NCBI GenBank assembly: GCA_963817895.1
Contig: CAWFQB010000004.1
Coordinates: 672,001-736,000 of the forward strand
Direction: 5' to 3'
Length of the DNA: 64,000 bases
Source of the DNA: an uncultured Chthonomonadaceae bacterium
GTDB taxonomy: Bacteria > Armatimonadota > Chthonomonadetes > Chthonomonadales > Chthonomonadaceae
Shown: positions 9,997 to 21,165 of the stretch, piece after piece
Numbering within the stretch: the first letter of the stretch is position 1
Layout of the letters: each line of letters starts with the position of its first letter
Notes under the pieces: generated by a model
The model's input: only the letters and a program-made list of their open reading frames with translations
Database searches by the model: none
Told to the model about the DNA's origin: nothing
Translations under genes and position numbers: made by a program

Positions 9997-11796
9997 CTAC
10001 GGATGAATACTGTCGAAATAGTCTTTTACCTGCTTTTTATAGGCGGCGGGGACGGATTCTTTGTCCAGAGTGCTTTCCGCCTGCTTCTTGCTGGTTTCGT
10101 AGGCTTTGTAGTAGGGGGAACTGCTTTGCGTTGGTTCGGGGTCGCCAGTCATGTTGATTTGCAGTTCGTCGCCATTCGCGGTGCGAGTTCCCATGACCAT
10201 GCCGTTGGGCGCGTGTTTGGACGGTTTGGACGACATGGCGAGGTACTCGGCAAACTTCTTCGCGTCGCCCTGCTTGCCCGCCGCTTTGCTCCACTGGCTT
10301 TTGTTGGCGACAAGCAGTTTTGCTTTGGTCGCGCCGGGGTCTTTCATCGCGTCTTTGGGGTCGCCATGCCCGCCAAAGCCGCTGCCCGGTCCTTTGCCGC
10401 CGAAGCCATTACCCATGCCCTTGCCCATTGCCATCGTCATTTTGCCGTCTTTGAGGGCCTGCATCAATTCTTCTAAGGCTTTGGCGTCCAGCATCGCCGT
10501 CATCATGCCTTTGCCCTGACCCTTCATCATGGCCGCCATGTTTTTCATCGCCTGCGCCAGTTGCTGCATCTGTTCCGCTGTCATTTTGCCCTGCATCTGC
10601 TGCATCTGTTGGGCAAGCTGCTGCATTTGATCCGACATCTGCTGCATCTGCGTGTTTTGAAGCGCCTGCGACAACTGCTGCATCTGTTGGGCCATCTGCT
10701 GCATCTGCTGCGGCGTCATTTGCGCCCCGTTCTGCTGCATCTGCTGCGCCATCTTTTCCATCGCCATTTGCATTTGCGACGTGTCGTTCATCTGCATGGC
10801 CTGCTGCATTTTCTGCATCGCCTGCTGCATCTGTTTCATGGCCTCATCAGGCTTGTTGGCGGGATCGTTCTGCGCGTTTTTGTCCTGCGGCTTCTGGCCG
10901 TTTTTGGTTTGGGGTTTGTTGGCGTTCGCCTGCTTGTCCTGCTGCGACTTTTCCACGTCCTGCTCCATTTTGTCCAGCGAGGATTTGAACTGTTTCGCGG
11001 CCTCTTCCATACTCTTTTTAGGCAGCATGGCCTCCAGCTTTTGCTTCTGCTCTGCCAGTTTTTGCGTCAATTTCGTCATGGCGACAAGGGCGGGCTTTTT
11101 CTCTATTTTGCCCAACCGCATTTTATTCGTCAGGGCTTTGATGTTCTGCGCGGCCTGCTTGGATTCGTCCAGTTTCTGAATATCGGCGGCTTTTTCTTTA
11201 TCGTCCGCGACCTTCTGTATGGCGATAGCGGCTATTTTCACATCTTCTACGTCCTTTTTGCGTTCCGGCGACCAGAACACGGGCAGGGAGGGCAGGAAGA
11301 AAACGCCGAACAACAGCAAAGATAAAACCATGCCGCCATAAAATGTCCGGGGCAGGCGAACGGGGAACAGGGCGGGAATATGGATGTTACCCGCGAAGTG
11401 GTTGGCGTCCGTCCATTGCTCGTGAACAAAGGGCGCGTTGGCGTCTATGCCCGACTGCTGAAACTCGATGGCGCTGCTCAGGCGCTCTTTCAAATCGGCG
11501 CGTCGCTCTGTCAGTTTGGCAACATCCACGTCCGTCAAACGCGGCCAGAACGCGCAGGCCACCCCGATCAACACGCTGATGCCGACCAGCAAGCCCAAAG
11601 CCATCGGTATGGGCGGCGCGACAACATGCGCTTTGCCCAACCCGACAAGCACAATGGCAAGCGAAGCCGACAGCAACAGGCCAAGCGACCCGAACCGAAT
11701 CAGCATGAGCGTTCGGATGCGCTGCCGCGCCTGCCGCAGTTTCACGCTTAAAGCGTTCGTCGTATCCGGCGTCGTATGCGCCTGTCCTATTCGCAA
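9997..11796 (-). CDS. membrane-anchored Gln/Met-rich coiled-coil protein (DUF4175-like)
   Basis: Three N-terminal TM helices with LKERLSSA, long K/Q/M coiled coil, Gly-rich linker, C-terminal VPAAYKKQVKDYF. Confidence 0.75.
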   Translation of the reverse strand: MRIGQAHTTPDTTNALSVKLRQARQRIRTLMLIRFGSLGLLLSASLAIVLVGLGKAHVVAPPIPMALGLLVGISVLIGVACAFWPRLTDVDVAKLTERRADLKERLSSAIEFQQSGIDANAPFVHEQWTDANHFAGNIHIPALFPVRLPRTFYGGMVLSLLLFGVFFLPSLPVFWSPERKKDVEDVKIAAIAIQKVADDKEKAADIQKLDESKQAAQNIKALTNKMRLGKIEKKPALVAMTKLTQKLAEQKQKLEAMLPKKSMEEAAKQFKSSLDKMEQDVEKSQQDKQANANKPQTKNGQKPQDKNAQNDPANKPDEAMKQMQQAMQKMQQAMQMNDTSQMQMAMEKMAQQMQQNGAQMTPQQMQQMAQQMQQLSQALQNTQMQQMSDQMQQLAQQMQQMQGKMTAEQMQQLAQAMKNMAAMMKGQGKGMMTAMLDAKALEELMQALKDGKMTMAMGKGMGNGFGGKGPGSGFGGHGDPKDAMKDPGATKAKLLVANKSQWSKAAGKQGDAKKFAEYLAMSSKPSKHAPNGMVMGTRTANGDELQINMTGDPEPTQSSSPYYKAYETSKKQAESTLDKESVPAAYKKQVKDYFDSIHP

Positions 11797-11883
11797 TTGC
11801 GGGTTTTGAAAACACTCAATGAATTTCCTCGACGGTAGTATTTACCATCTACCTTATGTCTACCCGGGATTTCATCCTTGCAT

Positions 11884-13629
11884 TCACATATCCGCTACGG
11901 TTTCCTCAAACGGCACATCCACATTCTTTTTCCGTTCGTTGCGCATGAGGGGCAGCAACAGCAGGAAACAGAGCAGGCCCAAACCGATCCAGCTCAAACT
12001 GACGGCTCGCCACATCGCCACTTCTTTGATGTTCAGGAAGTGTTGATATTCGTAAAAGTTGAGCGGTTCCGTAATCTGGTAAATGGCTTGCAGGGGATCC
12101 AGATAGTAGGCGTTGACCATGACGCCGGTTTTTATATCCCCGCCATTGCCTCGACTCGTAACCGGCACGACCCACACCATAATCATCAGCAGGTACGCCA
12201 GCGCCCACGCCACCCAACGATTACGAAAAACGGCAGACAGCAGCAGGCAAAAAAGCGTGTAGCCGAATGTCACTGCCAGCATCATCAGCGCGATCTGCGC
12301 GAACCCGCCGATCTTCGCCGCGTATTCGGGACTGGTGGCGCGGGCGACAATCGGGTCTATTTTGGGTGGGGGCGCGGGCTTGCCGTTGATGATTTGCGGC
12401 GTGAATCGGTGTTGGCGTCGTGATTGCCACAGCGGGCGGTTGCGCGGCGGAGTTGCCTATGTCGCCTGCCTTGCCGACAAGAACAAACGCCAGCCCGTAT
12501 ACGCCTATGCACAGCAGGCACGTCAGCATCAAAAACGGCAGCGCGGAGTTCAGTTTGCCGCGCATCAAGCCTCTGGGCGTCCATCCGCGCAGTAGATAAC
12601 TGCCGAAGTGCCGCGCCTCGTAAGACTTTATTTCCCCCGTCGCGAAAATCGGAATAATGCAGCAGCAGCACAACGGTCGTCAGAATCAACGCGCCGGTCG
12701 GGGGGCTGATCTGCGCCATTCATCCCTCTTGCGCCCCGATGATACCAACTGTTGAGCCACCAGAGGTTCGCGGCCAGCAGTTCCAGCCCGACGATTAGCA
12801 GGGTCAGGCCGCGCAGCAGATACCCTATGCGTTCGGGAAACGTTTCCAGCCGGACGCGCGCCACCGTCGCCATCAGAATCCCGCCCATAATACAGAAGAA
12901 CACAAACCCAAGACCGTCAATGGTCTGGATACCGAAAAACTGGTTGCCGAACCACGTCATACCGACGGACTGCCCCACGTTTTGACCGATGGAACCGCCG
13001 TTGTGGTCGGTGGAAAACCCGCCCGCCATCAACCCCGCGAACGACATCAGCACCATTGTCAGGTAGGTGAAAATTACGGACTGAGTTGTGTTGCGGGCAA
13101 TGCTCGACCACATCAGCCCCATCGCGCCCACAAAGAAACTGCCGAGCAACATTCCGAGGTACCAGCTCAACACCAATCCGGGATCAATGCTGCCTAGCAT
13201 GAAGCAGATGGAAACCAGCGGCAGCGATGTGAGAATCAGCAGGGACGTGAACGACACCGCCGCAAGCAGTTTGCCGATAACAATAGACCGCCGCGCCATG
13301 CGCGTCAAATACAGCATGTCCATCGTGCGCTGTTCGCGCTCAATGGTCAGCGAACCGCTGGTAATGGCGGGCGTGATAAACAGGACGAGAAATATCTGGG
13401 TTATCAAAATAGAGTAGAACAACTGCTGCCCCAACTCCGAAGATTGCGCTCCGCCCCCGCCCGAATTTACGACGTTGTTCCACCACGGAATATACGTGAA
13501 CAGCAGCACGAGGGACAAAAACGCCAGATACCCGAACATGACCCAGTACGCCCGCGCGCCCCGCATACGGACGCGCAGTTCTTTGGTCAACACAGGATTG
13601 TCCGGCAGCAGCCGCATTACCAGAGACAT
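11884..13629 (-). CDS. ABC-2 type permease-like protein, frameshifted
   Basis: NPVLTKELRVRMRG, PAITSGSLTIEREQRTMDML..IVIGKL; hydrophobic continuation in 12357-12719, 12221-12673 and 11884-12285. Confidence 0.75.
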
Positions 13630-13640
13630 GAGAACTCCAG

Positions 13641-13690
13641 AGGTAGATGGGTAGATAAGTAGATGTAATGTCAGCGCTACCTATCTACCT
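13641..13690. repeat. GTAGAT-unit inverted repeat at the ABC ATPase stop
   Basis: AGGTAGATGGGTAGATAAGTAGATG ... CTACCTATCTACCT. Confidence 0.6.
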
Positions 13691-13692
13691 CC

Positions 13693-14730
13693 TCAAGCTA
13701 CCTGTCCTTTTGTAACCCTTAAAAACACGTCTTCCAGATCGGTTTCAGGAGTGTGGAATGAGCGGACTTTGATGCCTGCCTGAACGAGCGCGTACAGGAC
13801 TTTGTACTCTTCGTCCAGTTCGCCCACATAGCCGATCTGAATTACGCCGCCTCGTCCTGACTGTTCGATACGTTGCAGGGTCAGTTGGCGGCGTTCCTCT
13901 TCCGGCTGATTGGGAATTTCGCGCAGGCCGGTCGTCACTTTTACGTCGCTCACCATTTCGGGCATGGACATGAGAAGGGCTTCCGCCCGTTCCGTCTCTT
14001 CAATGACGCCGACATTAATAATCTGCTTGCCGCGCACCTGACGGGCAATCGTGTTCACGTCACCAGCCACAATCAGCTCGCCCCGCTCGATGATGCCGAT
14101 TTTGTTGCAGAACTCTTCCATTTCCGGCAGGATGTGCGAACTGACGATAATGGTCTTGCCCATAGACTGCAATTCTTTGAGCAGTTCGCGGATTTCGATA
14201 CGGGCGCGGGGGTCCAGACCGGACGCGGGTTCGTCCAGCAACATCACTTTTGGGTCATGAACGAGGACTTTGGCAAGGCATAGCCGCTGCTGCATACCGC
14301 GCGACAGTTTGTTGACATACGACTGCTTTTTCTCGGTCAGGTCGGTCAGCGCGAGAACATCGTCCACGATTTGCGTACGCTTTTCTCTTGGTATACGGTA
14401 CGCGGCGGCAAAAAAGTCAAGGTACTCCCACACTTTAATATCGTCGTACAGTCCGTACACGTCGGGCATATAGCCCACAATGCTGCGTATCTGTTCGGGA
14501 AAGCGCACCACGTCAATATCGTTCAGAAGGGCGGTTCCCGCAGACGGCACTATCAGGCCGCACAGCATTTTCAGCGTGGTGGTCTTGCCCGCCCCGTTCG
14601 GCCCGATAAACCCGAAAATGTCGCCTTTTTCCAGTTCCAGACTCAAGTCTTTCACGGCAACCGCAGGCGTCCCCTTGCCCTCGGAGGGGTACTCTTTACG
14701 TAAATGCTTTATCTGAACCATCGGGGACAT
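13693..14730 (-). CDS. ABC transporter ATP-binding protein
   Basis: GPNGAGKTT, LSRGMQQR, LLDEP, SSH. Confidence 0.93.
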   Translation of the reverse strand: MSPMVQIKHLRKEYPSEGKGTPAVAVKDLSLELEKGDIFGFIGPNGAGKTTTLKMLCGLIVPSAGTALLNDIDVVRFPEQIRSIVGYMPDVYGLYDDIKVWEYLDFFAAAYRIPREKRTQIVDDVLALTDLTEKKQSYVNKLSRGMQQRLCLAKVLVHDPKVMLLDEPASGLDPRARIEIRELLKELQSMGKTIIVSSHILPEMEEFCNKIGIIERGELIVAGDVNTIARQVRGKQIINVGVIEETERAEALLMSMPEMVSDVKVTTGLREIPNQPEEERRQLTLQRIEQSGRGGVIQIGYVGELDEEYKVLYALVQAGIKVRSFHTPETDLEDVFLRVTKGQVA

Positions 14731-14740
14731 AGGGAACTCC

Positions 14741-15562
14741 TCAATTCTCAAACGCGAACCGGCGGAAGCCGGAAATCATGCGCCACAGCATCAGCGCGGT
14801 CAGGGTGACGTAACCGATCAGGCCATAGATCAGGTTCAGGCTGTCAATGGTACGGGAAGGGGAAAGCGCTTCCAGCATCATTTGAATGGGATTGAACCAC
14901 ATCAGGGGGCAATTCGTGATAAAGTTGTAATCGCCGACAAGCGAAGACAGCATGAACGTTACCAGTGTCGTGCCAATCATCAGACCCGCGACGACGAACG
15001 TGTACGCGGCCATGATCGCGTACAGGGTCCGCTTGAGCAGCCACGACATGAACAGCCCGAAGGTGGCAAAGAACAATCCCACGATAAACTGCGTCACATA
15101 CGCGCCCGCGAATTGAAGCGGCGTTATATAGTCCGTCGTTCCCGGCCCGCCTATATCGGCATAGAACAGCGCGAACAGCGCGGCGGGAAGGCCAAGCGCC
15201 AGAACAATCAGAATCGTCAGCATACGCGACAGCAGTTTGCCAAAGATGATTTCCGAGGGGCGCAACTGCGTGAAAATCAGCATTTCCCACGTCAACTGTT
15301 CGCGTTCCTGCGTGATGGCGTTGGCGGCGGCGACGGGCGCCAGCAGGCACACGAACGCGTACTGTATCCCCAGAATAATGGCCCACGCGCCATGCCCGGA
15401 CGAGGCGTGAGGGTCGCTGCGCAGGGTATTGAACACCTGATAATAGATGTAGCCGAGCAGCACAACAATGGCAATCAGTATGCCCACGCGCTGAATATTA
15501 GGCATCCGCCCGAAGCGCATGCGTATCAGCAACTCTTTTCGTAAAACGGGGTTGGAAATCAT
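14741..15562 (-). CDS. ABC-2 type permease-like protein
   Basis: NPVLRKELLIRMR, AITQEREQLTWEML..IIFGKL; about 6 TM helices; overlaps the upstream stop. Confidence 0.8.
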   Translation of the reverse strand: MISNPVLRKELLIRMRFGRMPNIQRVGILIAIVVLLGYIYYQVFNTLRSDPHASSGHGAWAIILGIQYAFVCLLAPVAAANAITQEREQLTWEMLIFTQLRPSEIIFGKLLSRMLTILIVLALGLPAALFALFYADIGGPGTTDYITPLQFAGAYVTQFIVGLFFATFGLFMSWLLKRTLYAIMAAYTFVVAGLMIGTTLVTFMLSSLVGDYNFITNCPLMWFNPIQMMLEALSPSRTIDSLNLIYGLIGYVTLTALMLWRMISGFRRFAFEN

Positions 15563-17864
15563 CCGTTACGACCTGCCTTTCTCGCGCCGGGGGGCAGTTG
15601 ATCTTCCAGATTCAGCACGGGCTTCTGCTCGAACGGATTGGCAAGGGCGCGTATTTTGGGAGTGGCGTTGGCGGGCGTGGGCAGATGCGCGACAAGCAGG
15701 TTCACCTCTTCCCCCTGCGGCGCGGGCTTGCCGTTGATGCGCGGCGACATCAGCGAAGCGTCGAACCAGCCGACAAAAGCGTTCAGGCTGCGTCCATACC
15801 CGTGTCCGCTTTCGCCGTAGTTGCCGTATTGCCCCGAATCCCAGCCCCTGCGTCAGCGTGTCGCCAAGCGCCATAACCATCTTGTCATGCGTGGAAGCGG
15901 CCACAAATCGGTGCCGCGCGTCCTCACCCGTGTTGTTGGACAGCGGCAGATTATCGGGCAGGGACGCGAACGGAATGTTGGTGGCGTTCGGGCGAATTCC
16001 CCATGTCATGGTTTTGGGCGGGGCTGGACTGTCCGGGCATCAGGTCGCCCAATTCGACGTGCTGATCGTCGGCAAGCAGGGAACAGTGAACAAGCGGGTA
16101 GGGGGTCTGATTGGTGACGATTACCTCTACCTGATTGTTGGCAGTCATGCGCGTTTGCGCTTCGATGCCCTGTCCGAGCGATATGTTGAGCGGCGTGTCG
16201 AAACTGCGTTTGTCCCACAGCCGAATCAGGGCGTTGCGTATGCTTGAATCGCCGGATGTGCTGTCAAGCGTTAAATCGTGGACGCTTCCGCCCGAATTGC
16301 CGATAGCGTCCCGCAGTGAAAAAGCCTGCGCGTCCGTCACGCTGTCGGAAGCGATGGAGATGTCATACGAGGTTCGGCGGGGCGAGTACAGCGTCATTTG
16401 CCCATAGCCTGCCGCCTGCCCGCTGCCCGCCTGCGTTTCCACAACCACGACCCGGTTCGCGCTCAATGCCCCGCCCTTGATGCTCAGGGCGATAAAGTAC
16501 GACGTAAGCACGAAAACAACAATCAAAATCGGTATGGAAATCCAGCCCAATTCGCGGCGGTCATAGCGTTTGAGAATAAGGTAGTTGACAGGCAGAAGCA
16601 GCAGAATGTAGGTAAAGAGAAAGCCGGTCAGCACGCCCCAGTGCGGAAAACTGCTGGCCTGCTTGCCGGCAAGCGCGTCCACCATTCGCTGCGCCGCGTT
16701 GCCGAACGTCGTGGCGCTGTCCAGAACTTCGCGGGGCGAAATGGCCTCGTTGCCGGTTCGCAGCAGGTCGCGCCACAGGGGAGTGATCGCGTTCCAGCCC
16801 CGGAACGTCGGGTCTACATAATCGAACGCGGTAAACACAACTCGCCCCGCGCCGTAAGGCCGCATCGTGACAAGCGGCGTGGAGGCGGTAGGGCCGGCAA
16901 GCAGCACAGTCGCGCCCCGCGCCAGTGTTCCCGACGTGAGCGCGGTCGGCGTTGTCAGGCCGAGCGAAGACTGATAGCGCGTTTCCAGCGTGGGCAGGGA
17001 TCGAGCGGACACAACAGATTGCGGCACAAGCGGTAATAGATCGGCGAAAAATTGGCTGCGAAGATGGGACATGTCGCCCCCGCCCGAAACAATGAGCAAC
17101 CCGCCCTGCCGAACGTAGGTTTTGATGGCGGCGGTTTGCGCGTCGGTCAGGCTGTCGAGGGGTTGGTCGGCAAGCGCGATGGCGTCTATGGCCTCATACC
17201 CCTGCGGCATCGGGGGCAGGGCGCGCGCATCGGTGTACAGCAATTGCAGGGTGGCATTGGGATCAACGCCGTTGTGTTCGGACGTGTCGCCATTGTTGCC
17301 GTTGTTCCAGCCCATGCGCGAATTGGCAAGCGTGGCGGGGTTGGTGTGGCGGTGGATCAGGCCGAGCTTCTTTTTGGTCAAGAAGTTCAGGCCGCTGTTG
17401 TCGCGGGTCATTGCCAGCACGGTATACGCGCCGGGGTCTATGGGGCCGGGCAGCGCCATCTTTTTGGACGCCAGTTTGCGCCCGTCCGCAAGCAGTTGGA
17501 TTTCAAGGTCGCGGGTCTGCATCTGCCCGTACATTTCGGTATTGTGGAGGTTGAGGACAAACCCCTCCGCCTGATTCATCATGCCGTCGCGCAGCGTGAC
17601 CCGGCGCGTATACGTGGTTGCGCGGCCCCCGTGATCGAGCGTGATTTGCAGTTGCCCGGTTCCCCGCGCGCTCGGCCCGGTCAGGTACACGGTGATGGGC
17701 GTCCATGTATCGGGACGATACCGCGCCCCACTGGTGACGCTTTGCCCGAAGCCGACCAGAACGTCCATATCAAGGGCATGGGCTTTCGGCGGCAACAGGC
17801 CGAAAAGCAGGGCGCACAGAACAAGCAGGACAGCGGAACCGTGCCGGACAGAACGCAGGCGCAT
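15559..17864 (-). CDS. exported/membrane protein with class I glutamine amidotransferase-like domain, frameshifted
   Basis: Signal peptide ending AHA, LTDAQTAAIKTYVRQGGLLIVSGG, YGAGRVVF, two TM helices PVNYLILKRYDRRELGW; tail in 15566-16009 and 15559-15750. Confidence 0.7.
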
Positions 17865-18125
17865 GGATTTCAAACCCTCGCAACACAAAGCGGGTGAACG
17901 AAAGCGACAAATTCGAATACGTTTTCAAATACGATGGTGGGATATTCGACACGAAAGGCGATGTTCCCTGCGTACAAAAGAATTAACGCGCATAATCTTG
18001 CAGGCAGGCGATTACAATGGCAATACGAGGAGGAAAGCAGGCGGTTTCAGTAAGTTGCAACAAAATAGAGGTGAGGAGTTGGATGCCTTATCATTAGTAA
18101 CTTACCTTGCGCAGGCGGTTTGTTC

Positions 18126-18173
18126 CTCTTTGCCATACGCAAAGGAATTCATTCCGTTGTGTATGGCAAAGAG
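18126..18173. repeat. long hairpin
   Basis: CTCTTTGCCATACGCAA..TTGTGTATGGCAAAGAG with inner GGAAT/ATTCC pairing. Confidence 0.6.
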
Positions 18174-18199
18174 TTCGACTGCGTTAAGATGAGTTACAT

Positions 18200-18735
18200 C
18201 TAAAGTTTTGCGGCTCCCAAAACTCCGCAGGAAGACATGCCGCGCCCGTAGAGTTCAATGACGGGAAGCATCTGCCGCATAAACTGTTCGGGGCGTTCGG
18301 CGTATCCCGGCGCGAGAGAGCGACTTTGCGCAAATACTGCGCGCGGGCGGACGGAACCCGGATGTTGTAAGCAGGGGAATACAGGCTTCCAATGCGCGGC
18401 GGCGCGTGTCCGCATCTGCCGTATCCGCATGAGGTATAACACGTTCAAAGGCTTGTTGGTACGCCACTGCGCGTTCGGGCGTCATGTCGCAGGCGTCCAA
18501 TTGGGTCAAACTCCGTCTGACGCGCCGCCCAGGCCTGTGATGCGGGCGAACAGAGAAGGATCTGTTCCGTACCTGAGTTGGAAACCGGCCATTCTGCTGA
18601 ACCGGTTGTGGGTAAAGCGGATGTATGTAAAGGAGAACGGAGAGCAGAGTGAGTCTGGATAAACGGACATGATCGTATTTCCTTCCTGCGCAGACTTGCC
18701 AATCGGCGAATGAAGCCGCCGGAGAATTGTAACAA
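18200..18735 (-). CDS. possible hypothetical protein, fragmented
   Basis: Overlapping ORFs 18445-18735, 18255-18509 and 18200-18448 contain protein-like helical stretches (PERAVAYQQAFERVI, ERPEQFMRQMLPVIELY); no recognisable motif. Confidence 0.3.
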
Positions 18736-18813
18736 CGATTGGCTTGTTATCGGCTGAAGCGCAGGAAGAAGAAAGCCGGATATGCTACCGGAAAAACATG
18801 AAAAGTCTCTCTT

Positions 18814-18963
18814 AGCACACCGTCAAGGTAGAATAGGGGGATACGTTGTAGGGGTTCTGCTTGCTGAACCCTCCTCATACAAAACGCAGCAAGCCGCCAT
18901 TTTGGGCGCAGCAAGCCGCCATTTTGGGCGCAGCAAGCAGCGCCCCTACCTGGACGGTGTGCT
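18814..18963. repeat. GTAG-REP doublet enclosed by CACCGTCAAGGTAG inverted ends
   Basis: AGCACACCGTCAAGGTAG..GTAGGGGTTCTGCTTGCTGAACCC..GGGCGCAGCAAGCAGCGCCCCTACCTGGACGGTGTGCT. Confidence 0.85.
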
Positions 18964-19021
18964 GGCGCGTTGCGCGGCAAGGAGAGGGGTATGTCCACAA
19001 GTGGACGCCCGGTGAGGCGCA

Positions 19022-19771
19022 TCAGGCGTTAAGTTCGGCCATCACGTCGTCGGGAATGTCGAAGTTGGCGTGGACGTTCTGCACGTCCTCGTCGTCTTCG
19101 AGCCGTTCCATCAGGCGCAGCATCAGCTCGGCGTCCTTGCTGTCAAGCTGAACCGTGTCCGTCGGCTCCATCGTGTACTCGGCGTTGGCGATGGCGATAC
19201 CGGCGGTTTCTACCGCCTGCCGCACCGCGCCGAAATCTTCCGGCTGCGTGACGACTTCGTAATTTTCTTCATCGGAGCGCACATCTTCCGCGCCCGCTTC
19301 GATGGCGATGTTGAACAGGGTTTCTTCGTCCGTTGCGGTTCGCGCAATGGTAATGATGCCGATCGGACGGAACCGATACGAAACGGAGCCGGACTCGCCC
19401 ATGCGCCCGCCGTTTTTGTTGAAGATGTTGCGGATGTTGGCGACGGTGCGGTTTTTGTTGTCGGTCGCCACATCTACCAGAACGGCCACGCCGCCCGGCC
19501 CGTAGCCTTCATAGACCGACTCTTCAAAAACCGCGCCCTCCACTTCGCCCGTGCCGCGCTGAATACTGCGCTTGATGTTGTCCTGCGGCATGGAGTGTTC
19601 GCGCGCTTTTTGGATGGAAAGGCGCAGGCGCAGATTGTTGTCGGGATTGCCGCCCCCGTTTTTGGCCGCCAGAATGATCTCTTTGGCGAGTTTGGTAAAC
19701 AGGTTCCCCCGTTTTGCGTCCTGCGCCCCTTTGCGCAGGCGGATGTTATGCCATTTAGAATGTCCGGACAT
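19022..19771 (-). CDS. yebC: YebC/PmpR family protein
   Basis: MSGHSKWHNIR, YEGYGPGGVA, TDNKNRT, LEDDEDVQNVHAN. Confidence 0.96.
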   Translation of the reverse strand: MSGHSKWHNIRLRKGAQDAKRGNLFTKLAKEIILAAKNGGGNPDNNLRLRLSIQKAREHSMPQDNIKRSIQRGTGEVEGAVFEESVYEGYGPGGVAVLVDVATDNKNRTVANIRNIFNKNGGRMGESGSVSYRFRPIGIITIARTATDEETLFNIAIEAGAEDVRSDEENYEVVTQPEDFGAVRQAVETAGIAIANAEYTMEPTDTVQLDSKDAELMLRLMERLEDDEDVQNVHANFDIPDDVMAELNA

Positions 19772-19870
19772 GGACGAGCGTTCCTTTCCCGACGGTTAAG
19801 CGGTTTTTGACCGCAAACGGCCTGACGTTTCAAGCCGGTTCGTCCTAGAATTATATCACTGCTAAGGCGT

Positions 19871-19899
19871 ATTATAGCATACTCCGCCCACGCGGTCAA
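19871..19899 (-). promoter_or_regulatory. sigma70 promoter of yebC
   Basis: Minus strand TTGACC-N17-TATAAT with extended TG. Confidence 0.7.
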
Positions 19900-19942
19900 A
19901 ACAAAACGGAAACGGGCGGGTAAAACAAAATCACAGCCATAG

Positions 19943-19972
19943 TTGACGATGAAGAATGATGTTTGCTATACT
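19943..19972 (+). promoter_or_regulatory. putative sigma70 promoter, divergent from yebC
   Basis: TTGACG-N18-TATACT with extended TG. Confidence 0.5.
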
Positions 19973-20017
19973 CCTATCTGCCTGACGGAATGAGAAACAA
20001 CTCAGCGCCTATCACGA

Positions 20018-20076
20018 CAGGCCGGGTGTTGAGAACACCCGGCGGGAGAGCGCAAGCGTCCCTCAGACGCGAATTT
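20018..20076. repeat. free two-hairpin REP-like unit
   Basis: CAGGCCGGGTGTTGAGAACACCCGGCGGGAGAGCGCAAGCGTCCCTCAGACGC; similar to the reverse complement of 44658-44717. Confidence 0.7.
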
Positions 20077-20206
20077 CATGCCTGTTAAAATAGACACTGC
20101 TGATATTTCACTGAGAACGTAACTGCCTCCTGCTATACTCTGTTTGCCCTCGCTGATGATGGCGTGAACCGTGGAAACGGCAGACGATGAGGGAAAGGAA
20201 TCCTGT

Positions 20207-21143
20207 ATGACGCGCGCGCTTGTTACCGGAGGAGCCGGATTCCTCGGTTCGCATCTTTGTGATCGCCTGCTGGCCGAAGGGCTGGACGTGATTGCGATGG
20301 ACAATCTTGTTACCGGGAGCCGGGACAACCTGCTGCATCTGCAGGACAACCCGCGCTTTTCGTTTGTGCAGCAGGATGTTATCGAACCTATCACCGTAGA
20401 AGGGCAATTGGGGTACGTGTTTCATCTCGCCTCGCCCGCAAGCCCGGTGGATTTTATGACGCTTGCCGAAAGAGATTATGAAGGTGAACGCCTGGGGCAC
20501 GGAACGCGCTCTCGACCTTGCGCGGGAAAAACAGGCGCGATTTTTCTTCTCCTCCACGTCCGAAGTGTACGGCGACCCGCTGATTCATCCGCAGCCCGAA
20601 GAGTATTGGGGCAACGTCAACCCCATCGGCATACGCGGCGTGTACGATGAATCCAAACGTTACGGCGAAGCGATGACCATGACGTACCGCCGCTTTTATG
20701 GCGTGGACACTAAAATTGTTCGAATCTTCAATACCTATGGTGAGCGCATGCGACTGGATGATGGGCGCGTGGTTCCTAATTTCATCGGGCAGGCATTGCG
20801 CGGCGACCCGATTACCGTTTATGGAACCGGCACACAAACCCGTTCGTTCTGCTATGTCAGCGATCTGATTGACGGCTTCTGGAAATTGGTGAATTCCGAG
20901 CAGTCCGGCCCTATCAACATCGGCAACCCGACCGAGCGTACAATGCTGGAATTTGCGCAGGAGATCAAGGCGCTGACCAACAGCAGCAGCGAAATCGTGT
21001 ACGAAGCCCTGAAAACCGCCGATGATCCCAAACAGCGCCGTCCCGACATCACCAAAGCCAAATCCCTGCTCGGTTGGGAACCAAAAGTCTCGCTGGAAGA
21101 GGGCTTGAAACGCACCATCGCGTACTTCAAGACCCGGCTGTAA
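20207..21143 (+). CDS. UDP-glucuronate decarboxylase / NAD-dependent epimerase, frameshift near 20460
   Basis: [50 protein letters not shown]. Confidence 0.9.
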
Positions 21144-21165
21144 CAATGTCACACGCTGGTACGAT

